Assembly: GCA_963666735.1 (NCBI GenBank) | Contig: OY762926.1 | Coordinates: 2,816,001-2,880,000 of the forward strand | Direction: 5' to 3' | Source of the DNA: Gemmatimonadota bacterium | GTDB lineage: Bacteria > Gemmatimonadota > Gemmatimonadetes > Palauibacterales > Palauibacteraceae | DNA: 64,000 nucleotides | Shown here: piece by piece, positions 29,423 to 38,503 of the stretch | Position numbering within the stretch: position 1 is the stretch's first letter | How the letters are laid out: each line of letters begins with the position of its first letter | Program-made: the position numbers and the translations under genes | The notes under the pieces: model-generated | What the model saw: only the letters and a program-made list of their open reading frames with translations | The model's database searches: none | Told to the model about the DNA's origin: nothing

Positions 29423-29981
29423 TGGCGGCCAACTCGTCGTAGGCGGCGGGGTCGACCTGGTTGAAGCTCGGGATCACCCCAGCCACGCGTCCGTCGGGCC
29501 CGACGACGATCACGGCGCGGCTGTCCACCGCGTTGCTTTCCCTCAGGCCTCCGCCGAAGGCGACGTACGTCCCCCCGTCGTTGTCCGCGTCGCTTCCGAA
29601 CAGGAAGGGGAAGTCCTCGTCCTTCAGCCATGACGCGAGTTCGTCGACCGGGTCGTTCGAGATGCCGACGAGGACCACGTTCCGGCCCTCGTTGAATACG
29701 CTTGCGTACTGATCACGGTACGCTCTCATCTGAACCGTTCAGCCACGCGTCCTGACTCTGAAGAAGAAGGCGAGGACGACGGTCTCGCCCCGGTAGTCGC
29801 TGAGCCGGACCGGGTTCTCCAGCGCCCCGTACCGCGTCGCGCCCGGCAGCGCGAAGTCCGGCGCCATCTCGCCCACGGCGAGCAGTTGCGAGTCCTGCGC
29901 GCTCACCGGGGCCGCGCCTCCGATGGCGAGCGTTCCGGCCAGGCCCAGCGCGAGGGCTGCGGCGAGGACAAGTCTCCGCAT
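29385..29981 (-). CDS. Selenocysteine-containing peroxiredoxin (AhpC/TSA, BCP-like) with signal peptide
   Basis: ORFs 29739-29981 and 29385-29729 are in frame; UGA (29739-29741) sits at the peroxidatic position (FFFRVRTRG-U-TVQM); VGEMAPDF, GISND, VVGPDG. Confidence 0.85.
29704..29723 (-). promoter_or_regulatory. Putative bacterial SECIS hairpin
   Basis: GCGUAC-CGUGAUCA-GUACGC stem-loop starting 15 nt 3' of the UGA. Confidence 0.65.
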
Positions 29982-30127
29982 GTCTCGGTCCTTTCGTGCG
30001 GGTGGAAGACGGGTGGAAGAGCCATGCCGAAGGGTGGCGCGCCCCCCGCGTTCGCGCCAGAGTTGAGAAACGCCTCGCCGCCGGAGGCCGAAGTCAGATT
30101 CCGACCCCGCCCTCGAGGAGGCGCCCC

Positions 30128-31603
30128 ATGACCCATCAATTCCGAGGCCGTCCGTGGCGTCGCGCCGCCGCCTTCGTCGTCGCCATCGTGCTCGCGGCTC
30201 CAGCGTCCGGGTGCGCCCAGGGGAACGGCGACCCCGCGAACGATCCGCGGTTCGAGCAGGCGGTGGCGCTGTTCGAAGCCTGGCTCGACGCGAAGATGGC
30301 GTACGAGAAGATCCCGGGCGTGTCCGCCGCGCTCGTGCATGACCAGGATCTCGTATGGGCCCGGGGGTACGGGTACGCGCACCGCGAGACCGAGGTCCCC
30401 GCGACCCCGTCGACCATGTATTCGGTGTGCTCGATCTCGAAGCTCTTCACCTCGATCGGCGTGATGCAGCAGAGGGACGAGGGCAAGCTGGATCTCGACG
30501 ATCCCGTCTCCGACCACCTCCCGTGGTACGACCTCGAACAGGTGTACGCCGACGGTCCGAGCGTGGACGTGGAGGGGATCCTCACCCACTCCTCGGGCCT
30601 GCCGCGCGAATCGGCGCACCCCTACTGGACGGGTCCCGACCATCCCTTCCCCACGGCGGACGAGATCATCGAAGGGCTCGCGGAGCAGGAGACGCTCTAC
30701 CCCGGACGCCGCTACTTCCAGTACTCGAACCTGGGGATGGCGCTGGCGGGCCAGTTGATCGAGCAGGCCTCCGGGATGGCGTACGACGAATACATCCGCA
30801 GCCGGATCCTGGAGCCGCTGGGGATGCCGGACACCTACCCCGACATTCCCGTCGAGCACAGGGGCGGCCGCTACGCCACCGGATATTCGCGGCTCGAGCG
30901 GGACGGCCAACGGGCCGAGGCCCCCTTCTTCCAGGCGCTGGGGATGGCGTCGGCCGCGGGGTTCGCCTCCACCGTGGAGGATCTGGCGCGCCTCGCGTCG
31001 TGGCAGTTCCGGCTGCTGGAGAACGGCGGGACGGAGATTCTCGACGCGAACACGCTGAGGGAGATGCACCGCGTGCACTGGGTCGACCCCGACTTCGACA
31101 CGATGTGGGGGCTCGGGTTCGCGGTCTCGCGCCGCGACGGGGAACGCGCGGTGGGCCACGGCGGGAGTTGCCCGGGCTTCCGCTCGACCTTCCAGCTCGT
31201 TCCGGCGAAGAAGCTGGCGGGCGTGGTGATGATGAACGCTCTCGCCAACCCCACCGACGTGTGGACGAAGATGATGGCGACGCTCGGCGCGGCGTTCGAG
31301 GAGATCCGGAGCGACCCGGGCGGCGGCACCGCGCGCCCGGCTTCTCTGGCGGAGTACGAGGGACTGTACCAGTCCACGTGGGGAGAGACGGTCATCCTGC
31401 GCTGGGACGATGGTCTCGCGGCGCTCGGCGTTCCCTCGAACGATCCGCTCGAAGCGATGACGAAGCTGCGGCACGAGGGCGGCGATACGTTCCGGCGCAT
31501 ACGGGACGACGGCGAACCGGGAGAGGCGTACATCTTCCACCGGGAGGACGGCGCCATCGCCCGGTACAGCGTCCATGGGAACTTCTCGAACAAGGTCCGG
31601 TAG
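30128..31603 (+). CDS. Serine hydrolase, beta-lactamase class C-like
   Basis: SISK, LTHSSG, YSN, GHGG; signal peptide. Confidence 0.9.
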   Translation: MTHQFRGRPWRRAAAFVVAIVLAAPASGCAQGNGDPANDPRFEQAVALFEAWLDAKMAYEKIPGVSAALVHDQDLVWARGYGYAHRETEVPATPSTMYSVCSISKLFTSIGVMQQRDEGKLDLDDPVSDHLPWYDLEQVYADGPSVDVEGILTHSSGLPRESAHPYWTGPDHPFPTADEIIEGLAEQETLYPGRRYFQYSNLGMALAGQLIEQASGMAYDEYIRSRILEPLGMPDTYPDIPVEHRGGRYATGYSRLERDGQRAEAPFFQALGMASAAGFASTVEDLARLASWQFRLLENGGTEILDANTLREMHRVHWVDPDFDTMWGLGFAVSRRDGERAVGHGGSCPGFRSTFQLVPAKKLAGVVMMNALANPTDVWTKMMATLGAAFEEIRSDPGGGTARPASLAEYEGLYQSTWGETVILRWDDGLAALGVPSNDPLEAMTKLRHEGGDTFRRIRDDGEPGEAYIFHREDGAIARYSVHGNFSNKVR

Positions 31604-31609
31604 CGGGCG

Positions 31610-32869
31610 ATGACGACGGCGACGACAACTCTTTCCGGTTCTTCCGGCAGCCTCATTCCCGAGGCGGCGATGCGCGAAGGGAACGACCCGATCTTCGCCC
31701 TGCACGGGGAGGCGGTGCGGCGGGCCGCGGCGGGCGAGTCGATCCTGAACTCGACGCTCGGGGCGCTGATGAACGACGACGGGAGCCTCGCGGTGATGCC
31801 CGCGGCCGCCGAGGCGCTGGCGCGCGTGCCGCACGCGCGGGCCGCCGGCTATGCGCCGATCTCGGGCGACCCTCCGTACCTGGCCGCCGTGATCGCGGAC
31901 CTCTGCGGGGAGGGCGGTCTGGCCGGACAGGCGGTCGCCGTCGCGACGCCGGGGAGCACCGGGGCGATCCACCACGCGATCCTCAACTTCCTCGAACCGG
32001 GACAGGCGGCGCTCACGCCCAGCTACTACTGGGGTCCGTACCACACGATCTCGACCCATTCCGGTCGCGCGATCGAGACCTTCAACACGTTCGATGCCGC
32101 GATCCGCCTCGATCTGGACGCGTTCAAGACGGCGCTCGAAGGCCAGATCGAGCGGCAGGGGCGGTCGCTCGTCCTGTTCAACTTCCCCTGCAACAACCCC
32201 ACGGGCTACTCGCTCGACGAGTCGGAGTGGGAGGCCGTGGCGGAGATCGTGCGGGAGGCCGGCCGCCCGGGCCCCGTCGCGTTCCTCCTCGATCACGCGT
32301 ACGCGAAGTTCGGCGACGAGGCGTCCAACCGCTGGATCGACTACATCCCGCGGATGCTGGAGTCGGCGACGGTTCTCGTGGGCTGGACCGTGTCGAAGTC
32401 GTTTGCCCTCTACGGCGCGCGGGTGGGCGCGCTCGTGGCGCTTCACCGGGAGGCGGAGGAGCGGCGGCGGATCTCGAACGCGCTCGGGTTCTCATGCCGC
32501 GCCACGTGGTCGAACTGCAACCACCTCGGACTGCTCGGCGCCACCGAACTCCTCACGGATCCGGCACTGCGCCGGCGCGCGGATGAAGAGCGCGCCGGGA
32601 TGATTCGCCTCCTCCACGAGCGCGTCGCGGTCTTCAACGACCTTGCGGGGGGCGCGGGGCTGTCCTACCCCCGTTACGAGGGCGGCTTCTTCGTCTCGGT
32701 GTTCACGCCGGACGCGGCGGTGACGGCCGCAAGCATGCGCGAGGCCGGGGTGTATGTGGTCCCGATGAAAGGTGCGGTGCGGATCGCCCTGTGCGCCACG
32801 CCGGCGCACTCGATTCCCCGGCTGGTCAAAGCGCTGGCCGAGGGCATCGCGACCGCCCGCACCGCGTGA
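31610..32869 (+). CDS. Class I/II PLP aminotransferase (aspartate/aromatic type)
   Basis: NNPTG, DHAY, SKSFALYGARVG. Confidence 0.9.
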   Translation: MTTATTTLSGSSGSLIPEAAMREGNDPIFALHGEAVRRAAAGESILNSTLGALMNDDGSLAVMPAAAEALARVPHARAAGYAPISGDPPYLAAVIADLCGEGGLAGQAVAVATPGSTGAIHHAILNFLEPGQAALTPSYYWGPYHTISTHSGRAIETFNTFDAAIRLDLDAFKTALEGQIERQGRSLVLFNFPCNNPTGYSLDESEWEAVAEIVREAGRPGPVAFLLDHAYAKFGDEASNRWIDYIPRMLESATVLVGWTVSKSFALYGARVGALVALHREAEERRRISNALGFSCRATWSNCNHLGLLGATELLTDPALRRRADEERAGMIRLLHERVAVFNDLAGGAGLSYPRYEGGFFVSVFTPDAAVTAASMREAGVYVVPMKGAVRIALCATPAHSIPRLVKALAEGIATARTA

Positions 32870-32892
32870 ACGGTCCGTCCGGGAGAACGACG

Positions 32893-33420
32893 ATGGAACG
32901 ACACAAGACAGCTCTGGTGCTGGCTCCGACCCTCGTGCTCGTCGCCGCCGCGGCCGGTTGCGCCGGCCAGGCACCGCTGACGGATGCCGAGAAGCTCGCG
33001 CGCGTGGAAGAGATGGTGGAGGAAGTCGAACGGCGCTTTCCGGACGTGGAAGCGGTCACCGTGGAAGAGGTGGGGCGGCTGCTCGAGACCGGAAACGTCG
33101 TGCTCGTCGACGCCCGGGCGCCCCGCGAGCGCGAGGTCTCCTGGATCCCGGGCTCCATCACCTCCGAGGAGTTCGAGCGGGATCCGGACCGGTACGCGGA
33201 CCTGACCGTCGTGGCCTACTGCACGATCGGGCACCGGAGTTCGGAGTACGCGAAGCGGCAGAACGAGGACGGTCGGCGCGTCCTCAACCTGCGCGGGAGC
33301 CTCCTCTCGTGGACCCACGCCGGCGCGCCGCTCGTGGGCCCGGATGGGCCGACGAACCGGCTGCACGTCTACGGAGAGACCTGGAACCTCGCCCCCGCCC
33401 GCTACGAGACGACCTGGTAG
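32893..33420 (+). CDS. Rhodanese-like lipoprotein
   Basis: AAGC lipobox; VDAR, IPGS, YCTIGHRS, NLRGS. Confidence 0.85.
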   Translation: MERHKTALVLAPTLVLVAAAAGCAGQAPLTDAEKLARVEEMVEEVERRFPDVEAVTVEEVGRLLETGNVVLVDARAPREREVSWIPGSITSEEFERDPDRYADLTVVAYCTIGHRSSEYAKRQNEDGRRVLNLRGSLLSWTHAGAPLVGPDGPTNRLHVYGETWNLAPARYETTW

Positions 33421-33466
33421 CGACGGCGAAGTAGCCGGGTCTCCGGTCGCCTGATCCGGGCGTCCG

Positions 33467-34051
33467 TCAGCGGGGAGCGTCGCCGAAGCCGGGGGCGAAG
33501 ATGGCGGAGAGGTCGATCAAGCCGACCTGCGTGTCGCCGAGGCGGAGGGGGAGCCGGCGGCCGAAGCGCTCGGGCCCGAGGTTCAATGCCGGGCCCTTTC
33601 CGGTTCCCGGGCCGAAGCGGTGCACGTCCACCTGGTTCTCCGCAGGGTCCACGATCCAGTACTCGCGCACGCCCTGGCGCTCGTAGAGCCGCCGTTTCAC
33701 GCCGCGGTCGCGCTCGGCGGTGGAGGGAGAGAGGACCTCGACGACGAGGTCGGGTGCCCCAACGAGCCCCGCTTCCTCGACGATGTGGCGCCGCTCGTGG
33801 GAGACGAAGAGGATGTCCGGCTGCACTCCCTCGCCGGTGGCCGGGAACTCGACGCCGGGGGTGGCCACCACCTCGCCGTGTCCGGGATCCTCCAACAACT
33901 CGGACAGCCTCAGCAGGAGCCGCTTGCTGACCACCTGATGGCGCCACTTGGGGGCGGCGGTCACGTGCAGTATCCCGCCGATCGCCTCGTAGCGGTTGCC
34001 ATCGTCGGGCATCCGCTGCGCGTCCCGCCAGGTGCTCTCGGTACGTTGCAT
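33467..34051 (-). CDS. Uma2/DUF820 family endonuclease-like protein
   Basis: VQPD, PDLVVEVLSPST..D..KRRLY..GVREYWIVDP. Confidence 0.92.
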   Translation of the reverse strand: MQRTESTWRDAQRMPDDGNRYEAIGGILHVTAAPKWRHQVVSKRLLLRLSELLEDPGHGEVVATPGVEFPATGEGVQPDILFVSHERRHIVEEAGLVGAPDLVVEVLSPSTAERDRGVKRRLYERQGVREYWIVDPAENQVDVHRFGPGTGKGPALNLGPERFGRRLPLRLGDTQVGLIDLSAIFAPGFGDAPR

Positions 34052-34139
34052 GGTCCGCACATCATAGCTTCGCGCTCGCGCCCAATCCAACCCGCAACCA
34101 ATGATGCGCGGCGCCGTCATCGCGCCCTCAACCGCGTAG

Positions 34140-34233
34140 GGAAGAGAAGGTGGAGGAAGTCGAACGGGGCTCTCCGGACGCGGAAGCCGTGACCGTGGAA
34201 GAGATGGGGCGGCTGCTCGAGACCGGGAGCGTC
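34140..34233 (+). repeat. Degenerate 94-bp direct copy of rhodanese segment 33006-33099
   Basis: About 9 mismatches counted by eye. Confidence 0.85.
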
Positions 34234-34520
34234 CGGTTCATCGTGGCAACATCCCATCGCACGCAACCGATCAATAAAACTCAAATCCACTTAACTTGTT
34301 GCTGTTGCTTCGTTTCGCCTGTCTAGCTGCCATCGGGAACGCTTGGATTGCAGAACCTGATCAAATAACGTCGTCAGCTGCCGGAATTCGTTTCCTTAGC
34401 CCACCACGGCATGTACCGTCGCAGCCGCAACGCCGCCCCGGGGTCGTCCGGCACGATCACTCTCTCCGCGAATCGCCTCCGAGATAGCCGCGACGCCCTC
34501 GCACTAATCCCGAGACGGAG

Positions 34521-34913
34521 ATGACTGCAATGCGAACGGCGATGGCGTACGAGACGGCGCGGGGCTGCAAGGTCACGGATGTGCACGAGAAGAATCTCGG
34601 TTACGATATCACCAGCTTCGATCCGGAATCGGGCGAACTCCGCCTGATCGAGATCAAGGGCCTCGCCGCGCGCGAGGGCACGATCCTCCTCACGCCGAAC
34701 GAGCGCCGGGTGGCCGAGGACCGACGAGACTGTTACTGGCTGTACGTGGTGACGAACTGTGCCGATGAACCGAAGCTTGAGGACCCGGTCTTCGACCCGG
34801 CCGGGCGTCCCTGGCACGAAGTCCGCAAGGTCCAGCACTACTACCTTACGGTGGATGCCCTGACGCAGCCGCTGAAGCTCCGCGAACGCGGGAGGAACGG
34901 TGACGACGACTAA
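34521..34913 (+). pseudogene. DUF3883 C-terminal remnant of an SNF2 helicase
   Basis: NLGYDITS..IEIKG..LTPNE..YWLYVV; no helicase core upstream. Confidence 0.75.
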
Positions 34914-35625
34914 CGTGCGGGGGCCAGAGGGAAACAGCGGGACGACGGTCGATGGATCCGTTCTGGATGAGGTGGTCCGCCGCGTCGTCGAGGTCGCCCG
35001 CCCGGAGAAGGTCATCCTGTTCGGTTCGGCGGCGCGCGGGCAGTTGGGCCCACGCAGCGACCTCGACCTTCTGGTCATCGCCGACACCGATGATCGGTAC
35101 GAAACCGCAGGTGAGATTTACGCCGGGCTATACGGCGTCGGGATCGCGGTCGATGTACTCGTCGCCACGCCCGAACAGGTCGAGCGCCACAAGGACACCC
35201 CCGGCCTTGCATACAAACACGCCCTCGAGGAAGGAAGGCTTGTGTACGACGCGGCCGCGCCCGATCCCCACAGCCCGCAGCAAACTCGAGAGCCCGTGCG
35301 GCCCCGCGGCACCGTCGATCCCGTCCTGTTAGCCGAGGTCGTCCGCCGCGTCGTCGAGGCATCCGCCGCGCAGAAAGTGATCCTGTTCGGCTCCGCGGCG
35401 CGCGGGCAGATGGGACCCGGCGCGGACATCCCCCTCCTGATCGTGGCCGAGGCCGAAGATACGCTCGAGACCACCGCCGGAATCTACGAGAAGTTGTACG
35501 GCGTCGGCATCGGCGTGACCGCGGTAGTCACGACCCCCGAACACATGGAACGCCACGCCGACACGCCGGGACTCGTGTTCCGCCACGCCCTCGATGACGG
35601 CAAGGTGCTGTATGACGCCGACTGA
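34900..35625 (+). CDS. Tandem (double) minimal nucleotidyltransferase (MNT)
   Basis: Two copies of VILFGSAARG; SDLD in domain 1, ADIP in domain 2. Confidence 0.85.
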   Translation: MTTTNVRGPEGNSGTTVDGSVLDEVVRRVVEVARPEKVILFGSAARGQLGPRSDLDLLVIADTDDRYETAGEIYAGLYGVGIAVDVLVATPEQVERHKDTPGLAYKHALEEGRLVYDAAAPDPHSPQQTREPVRPRGTVDPVLLAEVVRRVVEASAAQKVILFGSAARGQMGPGADIPLLIVAEAEDTLETTAGIYEKLYGVGIGVTAVVTTPEHMERHADTPGLVFRHALDDGKVLYDAD

Positions 35626-36016
35626 TCGTCCTCCGGCGGTCGATCCGCAGGCCTGGCTCGACCACGCGCGCAGCAACCTGGTGCTTGCGAAGAACCGTAT
35701 CCCGGGCGTTCGTCTCGGCGACCTTTGCTTCAACGCTCAGCAGGCGGCGGAAAAGGCACTCAAGGGATTGCTTGCCTCCCGCAAGGCGGATGTCCCGCTG
35801 ACCCATGACCTGTCGCATGTGCTGGCGATCATCGAGGAGACGGGAATTGCCATCCCAGTCCATGTCCTCGATGCGGCACGATTGTCCCCATACGCGGTGG
35901 GTCCACGCCACCCCGAAACCGAGACCGCCAAGGATGTACCGGTCTCCCCGACCGCCTATGCGATGGCCGTCGACATCGCCGAACGCGTCATCGAATGGGT
36001 TGAGAGCGTCATTTGA
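35612..36016 (+). CDS. HEPN-domain protein
   Basis: FNAQQAAEKALK, THDL, LSPYAVGPRHP; overlaps the MNT gene. Confidence 0.85.
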   Translation: MTPTDRPPAVDPQAWLDHARSNLVLAKNRIPGVRLGDLCFNAQQAAEKALKGLLASRKADVPLTHDLSHVLAIIEETGIAIPVHVLDAARLSPYAVGPRHPETETAKDVPVSPTAYAMAVDIAERVIEWVESVI

Positions 36017-36237
36017 TTCACAAGGAGTGTAAGCGGCTCGCCAAGGTGGACTTCCCGATTGCGGAGGTCTCCAAGCACGCCGTGCGCGAGAAGTCGATCC
36101 GGCACGGGCACCCCTCCACGCTGCACCTGTGGTGGGCGCGGAGGCCGCTCGCCTCCTCCCGGGCCGTGCTCATGGCGCTCCTGCTTCCCGACCCGTGCGA
36201 TGCACACTGTCCGGGCGAGTTCAAGGAGCGGGCTCGG
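36013..36237 (+). pseudogene. DUF1156 adenine methyltransferase-associated N-terminal fragment
   Basis: EKSIRHGHPSTLHLWWARRPLA signature; truncated. Confidence 0.85.
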
Positions 36238-36782
36238 GTTCAGCGTCGACTTGGAGATTCCTGGCAACTATCCTCGGGGCGTCCCCGAGCTTAGGTGCAA
36301 TCGCCGGGAGATTCCGTGGGAAGCAGACCGGCATGTCTCTCCATGCGGGCGAGCTTGCCTCTGCGTCGCTTCCGAGTACCGAAAACACTGGCCTCGCGGG
36401 TCGGATCTGGCCGATTTCTTGCAGAAACGTCGTGAGACCCTATTTCATCGGGCAGGCGTACTATCAGGCGCACGGCCAGTGGCCCGCCGATCAAGAGAGG
36501 GCACATGGCCCCGAAGGAATCATGCAGGCTTACCGGGAACTGCTCGCGTCGCTCGGGTCGGAACCCGCTACCCAGTCGGTGATCGTCGGCTTCATCCGTC
36601 TCTTGGCGCGACGAAACCAACCTGGCGGACATGAAGCATGCCCTTGTGGAAGCGGCACTAGGCTACGGAACTGCCATCAGCCGCTCCTCAGAGAGCTACG
36701 GAGCACCGTCGCCCCAGAGCACGCTACTATCGACCTCGATTTCTTGACTTGGGCGGCCCAGGCTCAGCAAGACTCCGGCTAG
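36238..36782 (+). pseudogene. Prokaryotic E2 (UBC-like) + SEC-C motif protein, frameshifted and 5'-truncated
   Basis: IPGNYP..P..RHVSPCGRACLC, then a frame change near 36424 to YFIGQAYY..WP..CPCGSGTRLRNCH. Confidence 0.65.
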
Positions 36783-38427
36783 GAGCCTGCGCCGTAGAAA
36801 CCGATGGTGCGGCGCGTTTCGGGTGGTTATGGTGATGGCGTGCTGTGACGGGTTCAAGTTCGGCGCGGGGAGTTGGCGATGAGTGCGAGGTCTCTACCGT
36901 ACGATCCGGAGAGGATGCGGACGAGGTTCCGCCCGTACGATCCGGACCAGCGGTTGCTGCTGCCGCAGGATCTTCGCGAGTGGGTGCCGGCGGGGCATCT
37001 GGCGCACCACGTGAGCGATCTGGTGGACGCGCTGGACCTGTCGGCGTTCTACGCGCGGTACGAGGGGGACGGACGCCGTCGGAGCCCGTACGATCCGCGG
37101 ATGATGGTGAAGGTTCTGCTGTACGGTTACGCGACGGGGGTGTTCTCGTCTCGGAAGCTGGCGCGGAAGCTGGAGGAGGACGTGCCGCTCAGGATGCTGG
37201 CGGCGGGGAACTTTCCGGCGCACCGGACGCTGTGCGAGTTCCGGAAGAAGAACCTGAGGGCGTTCGGTGCGTTGTTCGCCGAGGCGGTGCTTCTGGCGCG
37301 GGAGCTGGGTCTGGCGGGGCTGGGCCGGGTGGCGGTGGACGGGACGAAGGTTCGGGCGAACGCGAGCAAGCGGAAGGCGATGAGCTACGGGCGGATGGGT
37401 CCGGAGGAGGCGCGCCTGGAGGCGGAGATCGCGGAGTTGCTGGCGCGTGCGGAGGCGGCCGACGCGGAGGAGGACGAGCGGCACGGGGAGGACGTTCGGG
37501 GCGACGAGCTGCCGGAGGAGCTGAAGCGGCGGGAGGACCGGCTGGCGGCGATCCGGGCGGCGCGGGCTCGTCTGGAGGCGGAGGCGCGGGAGCGCGACGA
37601 CGCGCGGGGCCGGGAGCCGGAGTGGGACCGCAACCCGAAGGGGGGGTCGCCGTACAAGCTGGCCTACGGGGAGCCGGAGGCGGACTCGCAGACGAACTTC
37701 ACGGATCCGGAGAGCCGGATCATGCGGACGAGCACGGAGGGCTACCAGCAGTGCTACAACGCGCAGGCGGTGGTCGACGGCGAGAGCCAGCTGGTGCTGG
37801 GGGCGGAGGTGACCGACAACGCGAGCGACCAGGGGCAGCTGGTGGAGCGGGTGGACGAGGTGTCCGGGCGGTTGGGGGAGACGCCGGGCGAGGTGCTGGC
37901 CGACGCGGGCTACTCGAACGAGGAGGATCTGGCGGCTCTGGATGCGCGGGGGATCGACGGCTACGTGGCGCTGGGCCGGGAGGGCAAGGGGGCCGGCAAG
38001 CCCGACCCGAAGAAGCTCCCGGCGACGGCGCGCATGGCGAAGAAGCTGGAGACTCCCCAGGGCCGGGCGGTGTATGCCAAGCGCAAGTGGATCGCCGAAG
38101 CGCCCATCGGGTGGGTCAAGGAGGCGATGGGGTTCAGGAGGTTCAGCCTCAGGGGCTTGGAGAACGTGCGCGGCGAGTGGGATCTGGTGTGTCTGGCGCT
38201 CAACGCGCGGCGCCTCCACGTCCTTCGGGCCGCGTGAGGGGCGAAATCTTCGCGCCGGAGGGCCTCCGGGGCCCGAAACGCGGCCGGATCCACCCGGAAA
38301 CGGCGCCGGCGCGGCGGCTTCGCCCGCGCGACGGCGGCTCCCGCCGACAACCGGCGCCCCTCAGCCTCCGGGCGGCCGCGCTTCCCGGGATCCGCCGCCC
38401 TTCGCGACCGTTCTACCGCGCAAGCTC
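36783..38427 (+). mobile_element. IS1182-family element, apparently intact
   Basis: IRs GAGCCTGCGCCGTAGAA / TTCTACCGCGCAAGCTC; CTAG on both flanks (36779-82, 38428-31). Confidence 0.92.
36873..38237 (+). CDS. IS1182-family transposase
   Basis: YDPRMMVKVLLYGY, DGTKVRANAS, TDPESR, YNAQ, DAGY, E..G..K..GFRRF..RG. Confidence 0.95.
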   Translation: MAMSARSLPYDPERMRTRFRPYDPDQRLLLPQDLREWVPAGHLAHHVSDLVDALDLSAFYARYEGDGRRRSPYDPRMMVKVLLYGYATGVFSSRKLARKLEEDVPLRMLAAGNFPAHRTLCEFRKKNLRAFGALFAEAVLLARELGLAGLGRVAVDGTKVRANASKRKAMSYGRMGPEEARLEAEIAELLARAEAADAEEDERHGEDVRGDELPEELKRREDRLAAIRAARARLEAEARERDDARGREPEWDRNPKGGSPYKLAYGEPEADSQTNFTDPESRIMRTSTEGYQQCYNAQAVVDGESQLVLGAEVTDNASDQGQLVERVDEVSGRLGETPGEVLADAGYSNEEDLAALDARGIDGYVALGREGKGAGKPDPKKLPATARMAKKLETPQGRAVYAKRKWIAEAPIGWVKEAMGFRRFSLRGLENVRGEWDLVCLALNARRLHVLRAA

Positions 38428-38503
38428 CTAGGCTCGGACTGCCTGATGTTCAGCGGGTTCTCCGCCTCCAATAGGGGGCGGTGCGGCTCCCGCGAGGCTT
38501 CGG

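Noticed and set aside
29739..29741. Nonsense mutation (pseudogene) reading of the Prx UGA
   Set aside because: The stop lies exactly at the catalytic position, both halves are intact and a SECIS-like hairpin follows, so Sec is more parsimonious
30128..31603. Antibiotic-resistance beta-lactamase (also the MBL at 24917 and the hydrolase at 44975)
   Set aside because: Only fold-level motifs shared with many peptidases and esterases; no specific evidence for resistance
34260..34380. AT-rich stretch with ACTTAACTTGTTG as a possible dif or att site
   Set aside because: No convincing XerC/XerD pair, partner repeat, tRNA or integrase; at most an island edge
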